Made by a program: the position numbers and the translations under genes. Positions 32,617 through 47,564 of a stretch of 64,000 bases of DNA are shown here, piece after piece. This DNA comes from Auanema rhodensis (taxonomy: Eukaryota > Animalia > Nematoda), in the NCBI GenBank assembly GCA_964057225.1, contig OZ059897.1, positions 7,936,001-8,000,000 on the forward strand, in the 5' to 3' direction. The first letter of the stretch is position 1. Every line of letters starts with the position of its first letter. Under the pieces are notes generated by a model. The model had not been told where the DNA came from. It ran no database searches and saw only the letters and a program-made list of their open reading frames with translations.

Positions 32617-34379
32617 CTATCTAGTGCAGCAGAATTCTTGTAGTACTTCGTCAGAACATCCACCTTGCTGGCAGCACATCTCCGTGATTGTCGGTCCCCG
32701 CTTCTGTACCGATCCATCTGAAAGAAGATGAGCATTAGTACACTGGTCAACAACAGAACATTAGCATCTTTAGTGATATTATGAAAATCAAAATGTTTGT
32801 TAATCATGTTGCTGTGTTTTTTCTTGTTTTATAACTGCAACTTTGTGAATAGAAATGAAACAAATATATTTTAATGACCGGAATTGACTCATGGGATTTG
32901 ATAGGACAAAAGATGAATTCAAATGATGAGCACCCTGTCTATTTGCTCTTGTTGTCATGACAGAATGTGATAATTGGTATAAAGAACATGTTACTTAAAC
33001 GAAAACTATATACATACAGATGTATATATATATATATATATGTTTCATTTATAATCTAAAACTTGTAATCATCTCATCAAGCTTCTCTGAGAACTTTTAA
33101 AATCTTATTTTCACATATGTATATGTATAACAACATCTGCAACATTCTTTCATTATTCTATGTAAGTTATGATTTGCGTATAAGCTAAAAAAAGAAAAAA
33201 TCATAAACTAAGAATAGATTTTCAACATTCATTAATGATATTTTAAGTTAATTAGGATAACCTAATGAACTAATTAATGTTGACTTTTCATATGCTGCTG
33301 ACAACAAAAATTTTCGTATTCAAATTTCACGCGAAAGTCACGTAAGTAATGATCTAAAAACGTCATTTAGATCTCTAAATATAGCAGGGAACGGTTGTGT
33401 TTTTTAAATTCAAAAAATTCACACTAGCTCACACGCTTAGATACTCACACACTCATTCATTCAATTATTTTCGACGTCTCCTTTCTGTCTACGTAACCTG
33501 AGTGAAACTCTCAATCAAATGTTTTCTACGTCTCTAATCATACATACTTAGATTATAGATATATCCATAGACATATATTCATACATATGTATATAGATAG
33601 ACATATAAGTATATAGATAGACGTTTTTCTTTGTTGAAATTTAATAAAGAGTGAGTATTTTATAATTATATGGTCGTCAGCTGTAAAAGGTGTATCGCAA
33701 ATTAGTTTCATTTCAATACTTGATTATCACAAATTGTTAGCCTGATACATATGTTTGTATGTTGTTTCTCAGGAACTTTTGAGATGAAAGATATGAATAA
33801 GTGGATCTTTAAAGACAAAACATTAGATGTGAACGTATATTTTTGGTGCTGGATCTCAATTAAGTAAGAAATTTAAAAATTACCTCGTTTGCGAGCTAGC
33901 TTTACAATACTGGCATCAAGAGGCTTGAAGCATCCCCTGCAACGTGTATGAAGAGTCTTGAATATCATCTCTCCGCAGATTCGTTGGGTTCTCCGGCGCA
34001 TGCGGTCGAAGAAGTGATGGCTCATATCGTTACCTTCGTCAGAAGTCATATCTTCCTTTGACAGATGATGGGACTGTTCGTCTGTATGCACAGGTTGATG
34101 ATGATTTTTCAATTCATCAGTCTCGGCAGGACGATGTTGAAAGATAGGTTGAGGACGTTGTAAACGAGGATAATGATGCCCTTCTGAGGATGAGCTGTCC
34201 GACGAGGGTAACATTAAAAATTCTGATCCTGCTGGTCGCTGTGGAAGTTCATATCCCATAAAGTCGAAAAGATCCTCATCGCTGGTGTCAAACTCATTCA
34301 TAGATTGAACTGGTGTTACTATCATTAATACTGTCAGCTTCGAAATGATGAATATCAGAAAATGACGACTGAAACTCAT
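32617..34379 (-). CDS. Insulin-like peptide precursor, beta-type (8 Cys), exons 34379-33884 and 32717-32617, 198 aa
   Basis: Signal peptide, long pro-region, RRR site, B chain TQRICGEMIFKTLHTRCRGC, RKR-DGSVQ-KR, A chain GPTITEMCCQQGGCSDEVLQEFCCTR; phase-1 GT-AG splice keeps the frame. Confidence 0.92.
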
Positions 34380-37300
34380 CCTGGATTCTAATAGTAGATG
34401 ATAGACGAAATTCGGAGTACAAAAGAGTTAGAGCAGTATAAGCGATGGCAAATTTAGAAGTAAGCAAAATTAAATAATATTTTGACTTCAACTGTAGATA
34501 TAGCCGTTGAACGACTCAAGTGATTGATACAAACGAATGTGATGATTCTGGACCGTCGTTGTCAGAAAGCTCGTTGGGCGGGCAGTAATATACAGAGGGG
34601 CGAAGCACTGGCTCTGCCACGCGACTTATAAGGCTAAGAAATGGGCGGAGTCTTGGAGGCCGGCTGTTACCCGGTGGGAGCCAATTAGACGGCCCGAACG
34701 ACGAGCACTCGGAGAAAAAGCTTAACAAAAGGGCGGCAAAACCCTGGCTCAAGTAGCAGAGGTTCCTGAAACGGAATACGATTAGATGAACAAGCATGTG
34801 TGACGCAATTAAACAAAAATGAGAAGAATTCAAAAAAACAGAAAGAGGAAATTCCAGAAATACCCAATATGTCAAATCAAATATATATAATAAGAATAGA
34901 AAATACATAAAATGAATCTGGCAAGACAAGCTAGTTATGAAATTTTATTCCAAACATGCGATGAGATTGGAGAATGAAGCACCCTAAGTAATTATTCAGA
35001 ACGTTATCCTTTCAAATATTAAAGAAAATAGTGTCAGTCCGGAAATTCAATTTGAACTGCTTGTTAAGATGATGATGTGCCGAGAAATATATGAAGCATG
35101 ATTCTAATGTTCTTCCTTTCATAATCATATTAACTATTTAACTATTAAACTTTCATTCGATCTTTGAAATATGTGAGCGTTCCTGAGAATCACATGTACG
35201 TGTATCTGAATGTTCTGAAACGGAACACAGAATATCCTTTTAAATGCCCTTCAGAATACGTTTTTTTATGGAAACTGCCTTGGCTTATAAAATCATTCGA
35301 ACATCATCTAATATATATCTATTCAAAAGTATTAATCTTTAGTTTATCAATATCAAATTAGTGTTATGTATATGTATGGAAATGAAAAATATTTAAAAGA
35401 TCTTGAAAAGACATGTTGTTACTAAAGTGCTTCAAAATTTCCAATAATAAAAATGTTATAACATCTAAACAATAGGAGGATGATTGTTGATATGTTTATC
35501 AGTGCTCATCTATACTTTTTCTTTTTTTTCTGATGAAACTTTTCAGAAAAAACAATGAAGTCGAGATAATTCTAAAAATCTATCTAGAGTTATACTTCAG
35601 AACTACGTGTTCTGCAGATCAGAGGAGACAACAACATCAGAAAACATCGTTCATAACGCTGACGGTATATGAGGTGACGTTGTGCAAATGAGATGGAAAC
35701 AAAAATACAGAAGGACAGTTGTATATAATTGGACATTAGAAGAGATAAAAAGATATATACAAGTAATTCTTTGCTCATGAGAGAGACATCTGAAGGCTGT
35801 ATGACGTCACTCTAGTGTATGTGTGTATGTGTTGGAATGATATGAAAGTAAATTGAAGAAGATGAAGGAGAAAGCAAGTAAAAGGAGTAGAAGAAGAAGA
35901 AGTTGATGATATTGATGATGTAGAGGATGAACATTAAGAAAAAGAAAAGAGGAAGATTCATTGGAAAGGAAACGTACTATCTCAATTCTATAATTGAAAT
36001 ATTTAGAATAATAACAATAAGACATTGATAAGCTATGATGAAGGTGGATTGTTCAAAAACTACAATTGAAAATCTCATTTACTGTCCTTTCTATCAGTTG
36101 GTGTTGTATGAATGAAAGTATGTTTAACCAAGTGAAAGCTGATAATTAGGATGAACAAACATCCCATTAATCTGAGCTCAAGATGCAAGACAGTTTTTGG
36201 GAAGAAAGACAACAACATTCGTAGTGAATGATACACGAGACTGACCGACTTCAAGTGTACTTCAAGCATTTAAAAAGTTTGTGATGACCACGAGTTTCAA
36301 AGACGACGATGCAGCAAAATAGCAGACAGCTAAGGCTTAACAGAATACTATATACACATAGTTAAATATAGTTTTCAGCATGCCTGAAATAGGCTTTTAG
36401 AACGCTTCATTGGATAGGACAATGTAAATGTGATATCTGCGGATATTTGTGTCTATTTCAAAACATAAAATATACTTCTCAAGCATAGCTTAACGGATTG
36501 TCATAGCTTTGCAGATTTTTATTTGTGATTGACCGATTTGGAATAATACTTCCAATCAATTTATTCCCTACAAATTATCGAACTTTAACAATTTTACGGA
36601 AAAAACCAAAAAAAATAGTGAAAAAATCTATTATTACATATAATAACTGATTAAAAATTAGCTATTTGCTCTCAAACCAGGAAGGTGCTGCCTCATTATG
36701 GAGGCGGCAGCTGAAGGTGGTTAACGTCTGTCCGGAATTTATAGATTTCATCTCACACACATCATACAGGTATTTTCATTCTTCTGGTTTTTTTCCTTTT
36801 TTTAGCTCAAAACAATAAATCTGTTCAATTGAACTTTTGCATTTTAGTTTTTTACTTACTTCATTCGGATAATTTTTGCAATTGCAAAATTGAAACAGTT
36901 TCCGATCATTATCGTCTGGGTTTACCATTCCATTTATTTGTTTGACGCAATATCAACAGCAGTTTTGTTTTATGAAAAAAGGTGAATTTCTCATTCTATT
37001 TCATTCCGGCTTGAATAGAATAATGGAGAATTTAATGAAGAAACTTTTTTTTTGATATTTGTTAAATTTGAAGCAAATTTAATCCAAGGGAATGATCAGA
37101 TAGCTACATCCAAAAAGGGCTTCAGCAAAATGTTGCTTAACAATTCTTCTGAATATAGCATATTGCATTCAGTTTTTTTTTCTGTATCACCTTTGTGGAA
37201 TTCAAATTCATAATAGATCTAGCAAAGGTGACTGATAAATAGTTGAAAAGAGCAGGACTTAAGCAAGAGAAGGGGGAGGAGAGACTCCAGAGATTGAGGA

Positions 37301-39074
37301 AGAAAATAAATACTCTTGTAGTTGGATGAAGGATATTATGCAATTGTCCATGCCAAAACGATGTTCGAATAAATGTTCGTAAAACTATTGCTAATCTGAT
37401 AACTGATGCAGGAATTCCCGAAATATTATTAAGCAAATACATATGCAGATGAGATTATCATTTAAAACATCTCGGCCATTTCATATTTTCTCATTTTTAA
37501 TCTCATTCTGTCAGCTGATTACACTTTGATTTTTTTTCCTCTTTTGATCATTGTATTCTAATCGAAAATTAATCATACAAACCGTCGTACTAGTCAGGAT
37601 TCATAAAGCAGAATGTCAGGATGTACTGAAAATTCCTTTAAATACTACGTGACGACAACGAAAAAAGAAAAAAAAGAACTAAAAACGGATAAGCAAAACA
37701 AGTTACGACAAAGCAATGTCGTGAATATTTGACAATTATATATAGAAGCCACTGATTACAAGTAGTGAAACAGGAAAAAAAAGATTTTAAAACAGTTGTT
37801 AATCAGAAAGATTGCAAAATATATTCTTATGTGATACGAAATCATAAATATCTTTGATTTCAATGTAAGCTATAAGGGCTGCTTCTAAATTTCTAAAATG
37901 CATGTGATCTCATAATCAACAATTGCAGATTATCTATAATAATATTTAAAAATAGTGAAAATACCTAAAAATTTGAACACAAATAGTATATAAAGCGATA
38001 ATCTATTCATATATCCGAGACAGAGCTACTCATTCACAATCAAGTTGTTCTTGCTCAAAGTTTATATGGTTGAATTGGTTTTCGCATTGGTGAAACTTCA
38101 CAAAACAGTCGATTTATACGAGCATGATGCTAATTCATCAATGTTTGTCTGGTTACATCGTTATTAGATGCATCACGAAGGGATGATAATGTAGAGAATG
38201 ATGATGTTGATGATGAAATTCTCAAATCGGTTGAGCAACATTTCCATCGACGCTTAGACATCAGGATGGAGGTCAACGACATCGAAAAGTTCAGATACAC
38301 AAGAAGCTATCGGATTCCGGATAACTAGATAATCGTTAATCAGAACAAAAATTTTTAATTAACATTAGAGATTATGCTATCATCTTACTCAGATGGCTAA
38401 CATATTGACCTTTTCTTTCCTACTATTCAGGAAAGAGGGAGAAAGAGAGTAAGCAATTAAGAGGAGAGAAGAGGAACAAGTTAGTGTAGTCTCGGATGAT
38501 CTTGATGTCAAAGAGTAGTGAGCAAAGTCCAAGGTAAGAATATGATGAGAAAAAAAAGAAAAAAAAGTACAAGTATAGCTTATTGCTACAACATTATTCA
38601 GGAAGATTCGTTAGTTTGGGAAGACAAAATAATGAATCTAAGCCATAGAGAAGTGAGGGCAGTTAGAATATGAATAGATCATGAAGTGATATAACTTGGA
38701 CTCTTTTTTTGCCACATGCTTCAAGAATAAATTATATTAATTTTTGATTATATAATATATGTATATGTATATATAAATATATATATATATATACATGTAC
38801 ATGAACTAAATATGTATATAGATACTACATCTATACTTTTATAATAAGAAAAAAGTTTTTTTTTGTCTTTCGTAGGTACATTGATATGTTTCTAAGCTAC
38901 AACTACGTAATGAGAAGATAATTCTATAGATGTTGACCACGTATTGTAGAGAAAATATAATCTAATCAACTGTATGGAATTAGTTAAAAAACATAACAGT
39001 GAACCGTTTTTTTCTTCTTTTTGTTGAAAAACTTCAAAAAAAAAAGAATGAGAGGGAGAAAGAAAGAGAGAGAG

Positions 39075-39116
<42 letters not shown>

Positions 39117-42100
39117 ATAAAAAAAGAAAGAACAAGGTAGTAGTAGTTGTGATAGAGGTTATGGAGGTGGAGAAGCTGTAGTGTTCATCTTCGTTATAAA
39201 AACGATAACAACTGTATGCTGATTCAATGAAGAGAGCAACTATAAAAGAAGAAATTTAAAAATTGAAGTTTACTTCCCAGAAGATCGCTGGCACTTGACT
39301 AATTAAAATTAAAATCTAATTTTAAATTTTTGCAGACTTCTACCCATCACATTACATGTATATGTATATATGTATTATGTGTATCATGGAAAAAGACACA
39401 AACATGTTCACTTTTATACAAAAAGAACAGAATGTTTCGTGATGTCAGAATATAGATTTCAGTTTGAAATGATTCAATTATTTTTTTTTCATTCAAATTT
39501 TTTTGTCCTGCTTGGAAATTTCTTCTTCCAATTTTTATGTCACTTCTCGTATTATTAGAAGAATGATAGATGAGATCAAGAAATGAGAGTAAGAGGTTGA
39601 AAACTGAAGATAGCAGGGAATGAAGGGAAATAAATATATGAATGTGATAATCAAGGATTGGATTCGAAATGATTATCTGATTTGATGGGCATGAATGTTT
39701 TTCCCTACTTAGATAGTGATAATCAAGTTAAAGAAGAGAACTACAATTCGGTTGAATAGTGCCAAAAGAGCCTAATCTCTTGCGCTAATCAAGGCTTTTG
39801 TCTCTTAAAATTTGAAATGAATCTCAGGTTCTTGTTTCGTTCAAATCTTCCAGAGGGCATATGCCCCTATTGAAGTGCGGTTGCGATGAAATCGGAGAAT
39901 ATGTTTCTAAAATTCAGATGAATTTCACCAAATTCAATCCGTTGGCCAGACCATTTTCTATCAAATTCATTTTCTTTTCTTCATATTTCGCTTCATGTGT
40001 GTACAAAGAGAGGAAAAGAAATAGAGATAGGGAGATAGTCAGAAAAGAGAGAAGTCGGAAGAGGTTTAGAGAGAGAGAGGAAAAGAGATACGAAGCCAAG
40101 AGCCACTGATTAGGTGAGCTGAGCTTGAGGTACAATAAAGTGCATCACTGCGGGCGAACATGAGCGGGGGGACAGCCCGCTCATTAGCACGCAGCTCCAA
40201 TGATGATGAAGGAAGAAGAAGCCAAAGACGATGAAGAACGAAGAAAAAGCAGAAAGAGAGATCGGATCCAGAGCATATATGTACATGGCCAAGACATCGA
40301 TAAGCAGGGAATCCACGGAGATACATGTATGTACATGATGTGTTTGGCGTGATGCAGTTCGTCGGTCAGATGAAGAGTTGACGTAAATGATGACAAGACG
40401 AGGACGACTGAGCTGTCGACAGGAAACAGGACGGCGACGATAATGATGCCATATGGATGACGAAGAGAAGTACGACTCAAAAGAATTTAGAAAAGAATAT
40501 GAAGAAAAACGAGCTGATGAAAAATGAAAAGGAAGAATAGTTGTTGAATTGAATGAAAAAAAGGGAAGAATGAATAAGGAAGACAAGATGCTCATAGAAA
40601 ATGGAATATGAACCAGGTTATAAATAAAAATTTTTTGAAAAATTGTTCTAAAGATTGAAGAAAAGACAAAAAAATGTAACTTAGTTTGCACATTCAATAC
40701 CTTTAAGAAATAATACGTATCAGATCATCTTCACTTAATCCCATACAATCACTGGATTTTGAAGTAAAGCAAGATCTGAATTATCTGGATAGTAGCAGAA
40801 TATCTTTAACTCGACGGTAGTTAACGGAAAACCTGAAGTTTTGCATGAAATAGATAAATCTCTCAAAAGATTCGTCAGCGTCAGCTATATCAATTTAGAT
40901 TCATAATGTAGAAAATGAGTTCTGGAATTGAGCGCAATTGCGAGGGAGAGGTAGCTAAAAGGGTAAAAGAGACGAAGATGAAATGAATGATTTAGTGAGA
41001 GGGTGGACTACGAGACGTTATAGAGAAGTAGAAAAAGATGCAAAGTCTGGAAACGGCACATTGAGTCTCATGAAAAGACATTTAAACGGGATCAGGTCTC
41101 TACGCCTAGCTGAATCGCTGAGCAAGGTTTACTCAGACGGACTGAGACTGAATTTCTGATGAGATCTCTTCAAACGATTCTGCTCCAGCTTAAATTCTTT
41201 ACGAGCCGCTCAGAATTCATTATCATTCATGAAGTTTCTATTTACCGATCATGTATTTTTGTTTTTTTTTTTGGTAATTGTGTTGACGCGAAATTCCACG
41301 TGCTGCACGTTCTTCCTGTTTAATTTTTTTTCTATTTTTGAAATTTGACAGACACAAAGCATATTGTGCAGTTTTAATTGTCGAGTTCCTCATTTTTGCG
41401 TTTCAATGATCATTTGACTTGATTTCATTCAACTACATGTTTAATATAGTTTGTAGTCTTTAGAAGTTTTTCCTCGTACCATGGCTTCAGAATGCGTCCT
41501 TAGCTCAGAAGGTTTAGTGTACAACCCGAATTTGGTCTCTGGATCCTCATCAGTTATTCGAAGAAGCTGCGAAGTGGTTCATGTCTGGAGTAGTAAAAGA
41601 AGCAGAACAGGATATACTGATAGAAAGATAGGAAGAGGGGTGGTGGGGGGGGGATAAAGAGAATGCAAGCTCTTAGAGTGAAAGAACAAACTCAGAAAAA
41701 TGAGTACAAGGGCAAGAATCGTGAAGCATAACAAAGTGAGTAAAAAGATCTATGTTAAGAAAAAAGAACAGAAAAAATCTCATTAGACGACGAAGGATTA
41801 AAATATGGAACAATAATAATCGCCGACTGATAAAAATACTATGTGGATCATTAGATTTTCAAAGCTTGCAAATGATTATCTAAAATAAGCTGAAAAATAC
41901 TTTCAAATATCAAAAAAAAATTTCGAAAAAACTGCAAATTTTACAGTTGATCGAGCATGCTTGAAAAAAAATTTAGATAATGAATCAAAAATAGATATTC
42001 AGACACAACAGATAGAACAACCAATCTGAGCTGACAGCAGAGAGAGAGATCAAAACTGATAGACATAGGCTGGCTTTGCTCACATGCTGCTTTTTTTCGA

Positions 42101-43914
42101 AGTGAGTTAAATTCAGAAGCGAACTAAAACCCAGAATATTTGAGCAGCTTCATCATTTCTATGATTATGATTAGCTACAATGTGCAAAAAGTCGTTTAAA
42201 TGCAAAATAACACTCAAATATCAAAAGGTGAAGTAGTAAGTTTAATCCAAATTGCCATAGGAAGATATGACAAAGATTTTTCTCATTTTACTTTCACTTT
42301 TTTTTTGTCTTTTAGACTTCTTATATAAACAGAAATATTTCCAAGAGTTTATTATTTGAATGATCTTTCAAATAATTGAATTTGCACAAGAAAACATTCT
42401 GAAATAATATAGTTCATCGTCATTACATTGTAGTCTCATCATGACCATACATTGACTTTTTTTTTTACATTATTTGATCTTTAAACATGTTTTAGCTGAT
42501 TTTTCTATGAATTAATATTTTTAAAATTCTAATTAACAATATAATTTATTAATTTCATTTATAATTATAAATTATTTTTTTATTATTTTTAATTATGATA
42601 TTGAGAACATGAAAAATTAGCAAATCAGCAGCCATGAACTTAAGTTGAGAACGAGGGGATATCTGGAAAAAATCTCAAATATACATATACATATGTATGT
42701 CTTTCTCAGCTTACTGCTCCTGCTTAATCATTCAAACCAATTGATATATTGTGAATCTATTCGTATATACATATAGATTATAAATGTATAAATGTTGAAA
42801 AACAAATGCCTGAGCTTTGCCCTCAAGCTGTTGTTCTGCGGTCCAGTTCTCACATGCTGAACGCGTGAATGGCTATGTAGTCAGCAGACTGAGGTCTTTT
42901 CTCATTCCTATTCTTTTCTCTTTTCTTTTTTTTTAGGTTGGCAGTTTAGGTTTATGTTTGCTCTTTTTTTCAAAGAACTAATTCAATACTACTCATATAA
43001 TCTAGCTCAAACTTAAGATAACTGTAATAAGTATTTATAACTTATGTATGTAGACATAATATATAATATTCAAATTTTATATATTTATATAGATAGATAG
43101 ATCTGATATATGTATATATCAATATAGCTATCTATATACTATATACTATATATATAAATATAAATATAATATAAATTAAGTTCTTCAATCCAATTGTAAT
43201 TGAGAACAATATTCTTATCAGATTGTAACAATAACTGAAGATGAACAAACGTCACAAAACTTTTATCACAAATTTTAGACAAATATAAAGAACAAAAATT
43301 GCAAAACATACTTTTCTATAATATATAGTAATACCTTTATTATACTTATACAATATTAATATTGAGTGTTCCGTAAGAAGTAACCATAGATCATAATGTC
43401 TCAAGATGGATCAAAATGTTTATTTTTTTTTTTGATTAAAGCTTAAATGGAATTGTAGTCTTGTCTGAAAACTGTAAATTCAAAAACCACCATACTTAAA
43501 GCGGTTATTTTCAAATAAAAGAGCAAAAACATGCGTATCAGAGAACGAATTTTTAAATTTATTTCAATTTTAAAATTAGAATTTGAGCAAAGATGAGAGA
43601 GAACAAGATAATTTTTTAATTTTTTTTTATCTGTAATCAGTTCTTCTAACTCATCAGACATGACGCAAAAGAATCTCAACAAACTATATGATGATGTATG
43701 AAGTGTTGCAAATGTTCTATAACATGATGTACGTAAGACACGTAATTACGTGAGTACGTGAGATAATGATACGAAATATATTAGTAGATTGAGAGAGTAA
43801 TATAGATATATACTATGCTAATTATGACGTAATATGAGAGGAATGATTTGTCATTTAACTATATTTAATCACTAGTAATCAGGGCTGTATATTTGAGATG
43901 TGTATGTAAATGTG

Positions 43915-43948
<34 letters not shown>

Positions 43949-44197
43949 GCTATATCTAGATGAAGCATCAATGAACGAAAAAGCTTCTTTTTTTTTCTCT
44001 TCAATTCATTTTGGTCAAGACAAGACAAGACAAGACATACCTAAATATGGAAATAATAATGGAAACATTAGTGCGAAAATGAAACAAAAAATGAATGAAT
44101 TTAGACAAATTCCCAAACTGCTAATGTCAGCTGGTATTAATCAGGTATGTTAGCATAATACTTTATTAAGGTTTTGTCTCATAGGTTATAAAAAGAT

Positions 44198-44242
<45 letters not shown>

Positions 44243-47200
44243 CAGAGAGAGAGAATGAATGAATAAAAAAAAAACTTTTTTGTTCCAAATTCCTATATTC
44301 AGTGCAAATTATGATTTGAATAAATAGATATTGAGATACAACGACGTCGAAGCAATCATATAATCATGTAATCCTTCCAACAAAATAATTGAAATGTCGG
44401 ATATTTGAGAAAATGCAGAAATGAAAGCATATGCAATATATGCTATGCAAATCTTTCTAAATATTTAAGGTTTCCAAATTTTATTTATATATTATATACA
44501 GCTATATATATTCCTCAGATTATACTCAAGTTTAATGTTTGGACTATGTAAGTCAGCAGCGTAATATATATGATAATTTTCTTTCATATTTACTCTACTA
44601 CAATATCATAGCAAAGGACCTATTTTCCGAAACAAATTGCAAAGATAATTGACCTTTTAATAGAAAAAGGAGATAAGAACGATATTTAGATGAAGTAATA
44701 ATCAGCAAATAATAAGACACAAGAGATCGAAATTCAGAAATTCATACACTCCTTGGTCAGTTCTTCTAAACTTTTTACGGCAATATAGCATTTCTGCTTC
44801 TTCTTTTTTTTTTGAACAAAAATGCAGGTGGAACGAAAATGTTCTATTTCTCGAGAATGCCTTCAGGCGAAATGGAAAAAATCTCGTGACAAATTGGTTT
44901 CATAGGTCTAAAGACTTTTGAATATTAATTAGGTGATAACACATGCTTATTTGTGCTTCTTGGGTACTTAGATATTCAAAATGACTTGCAAATCCCTTCT
45001 ATCGCAGAGAGTTCATGTTAGCTCTGCCTCGTTCTTTTGGGAATAAAAAAAGGGTATTAGGTCAATAGAGAAGGATAGTCTAACATTGGGAGGTCAGCTA
45101 AATCCTCGTGATCTAGGTCCTTGTATCATTATTTTACTGGTAAATAGCCACCCACAGTTTGTACTTTATTGTCTGCTCATAAACTTGTGGCTGTATGTGT
45201 CAAAAACTGTTTATAAACTGTTAGAAAAGAAATAAAAATATTTTTTTTCTGTTTGTTAGGAAAGTTAAGATATTAGTAAATTGCTGGGAGCCATTTTACA
45301 AGTGTTCACTTAGTTTTTAGGCTCTGTTTGTATTTGAAATGAAAAAAAAAACAGGAAAAATAGTCAGTTCTATTCTCGAACTTTATATTTATTTCCTATC
45401 TGCCACTGTCTCTCTCTCTCTCTCTGTTTCTCTCTCTGTTCATTTTTTTGTTGGTTACTGCCTGATAATAGTAATAACTAAGTACTAACTGTCGAATTAG
45501 TATCATGAAGTTTTATTTTTGTTCGTTAACTTGTACAAATGCCCTCTGGTTAATCAGTGTTTAGCCGGGGGCGTTATTGCCCAGTTTGAAGCGCATTTAT
45601 GATGAAATATAATACAGATTGAGCATATGATAGATTGACAATTTTCTATTTAGACATGATTTTTCATCTATTTCCAAAGCTCAAAAAACTTCATACCATA
45701 TGAGGAATATGTTACAAAGCAGGAGAACAAGGAAATGAACAGAAAATAGAATATCCTCCAATATGATTTGACAATGGAAGGTCATAAATATGGTTCTAGA
45801 TCCCGATTTGTAAACTGTTAAACAATGAACGGCAAAGAACTTGCGCCAGTCACACCATATGCGTTGGGTTAGTGCCATCATACTCCCACTTCCTCTCTCC
45901 CATTTTCTTTATTTCTTTCAATATTTTCTCTTTTCTCTCTCTCCTCTCTTGCGAAGTTTCTATCTTTGTAGCTAAGGTATTGCTTGGCATCTTGTGTTTC
46001 CCCTCGTATTTCACCAATCCTTAGCAGCTAGGAGAAGTAAATCAGATAAACTTAGTACAGCTAATACAAAGGTCAGCGATTATTGACCTTACAAATAAGG
46101 ATAGAAGTGCTGCAAGTTTAACAAGAACACCTGATTTATTTCTGAGATAACTCTCTACCCTTCCGTTAGAATTCTGCTCTTCCATGTTTTTGGCAAAATT
46201 TGTCTTGGTGACGGTTGCCTTCCGCTGTGTCTATTCCATAACTGTTAGATGGTAAACTGCCAGTCTGAGCACTGTTTTCGTTTTTTTTTCCGGAAACGGA
46301 AGAAAGATGCTTTTTAGACGTGACGGAATAGAAACGGCGCGAAATGACAGTCCCACGTACGCAATTTTTCAAAGAAATTTCAAATTCCGGTTCTGCCGTC
46401 ATCGACTCTAGGCTCTATCGCTCTGTTGCCCTCTCGATTTCTCTATATCTTTCATTGTATACTTCTGTATATCTCGTTTAAAGGAGAATGACTATCTGAG
46501 CTATGAACCCAGATGATGATGATGCCACGCTATTTCTTTTTTGGTTTATAACAAAAACAAATTGCTAAACGGCCATCTGGAGGCCCTCAGGCACCTGTGA
46601 ACATATCTTGTGGTTAAATTCCATGTTCAATATTCCTCGCAGAAATCTGAATCAACTTATGGCCTTTCTCCCTGATGCTGCCTTGAAGGAACAAAAAAAT
46701 TAGAAAAGATTGAGGTAATGGTCGACAGGAAAGACGAGGCACAAGGGGGCAGGGCTAATTATTCGGTGGGGTTGTCTCCCTCGGGCCGACCCTGCATGTC
46801 TGACTGTACGCCCTCCGACCTCTGTCTGCGTCTCATGACCTATCATGTTGTCTCAGCAAATTCTTGTTGTGTGTACTCTGTCTCTTGCCTCGCGGGCACT
46901 GTCGGCATTACCGTTCGAGGGCATTGCCACCACCACTCTCACTCCGGCACACACAGACGACGCTCATACACATACACTCACATTCATACACACACACACG
47001 CACACACACACACACATACAAATACACATATACTCTGTTCTAGGTCTCTCATTCAACCTCTTTCTTCTTCTTCTTCTTCTTCGTATTCTTACCTTTCTGC
47101 TACTATCAACTGATCTTAACTCTTGTTTTCTCTGTAATTTTTGATCCAATATGTTAGATAGTTTGATATAAATGACGTACACTAAATGATTTGTTGCTCT

Positions 47201-47564
47201 TCGTCTCTATATTATTTGAAAACTCTCTTCTACCTGAGGGGCATTACTATCAACGTCATTGTTTCTACTGTCAGTTTCTACACTATCGTCTGTCTCATTC
47301 AGTGCTTGTACCTGTGTCTCCATGATGTACTATTCGTTATGTCTTTTGTCGTTTACGTCTTTTCATTTTGTTTCTCCCCGTATTTCGAATTTTTCAGTTT
47401 TTCACGTTGCTTTCTCTATTCTCTATTGTCTATTATCTTTATACAGTTTGTTACCACATTTGTACTTGGTTTACATGCTTCTTCTTCTTATTTATTCTTA
47501 TGTTTCTGTTTATATATCTTTGTATTTCTCTCTCAACTTAATTTTTTACAGTCTGAACCTAATA

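Noticed and set aside
39860-40700. Overlapping ORFs of 70-195 aa
   Set aside because: Low-complexity GA/TC-rich sequence; no motifs; no convincing miRNA hairpin or known mature miRNA recognised.
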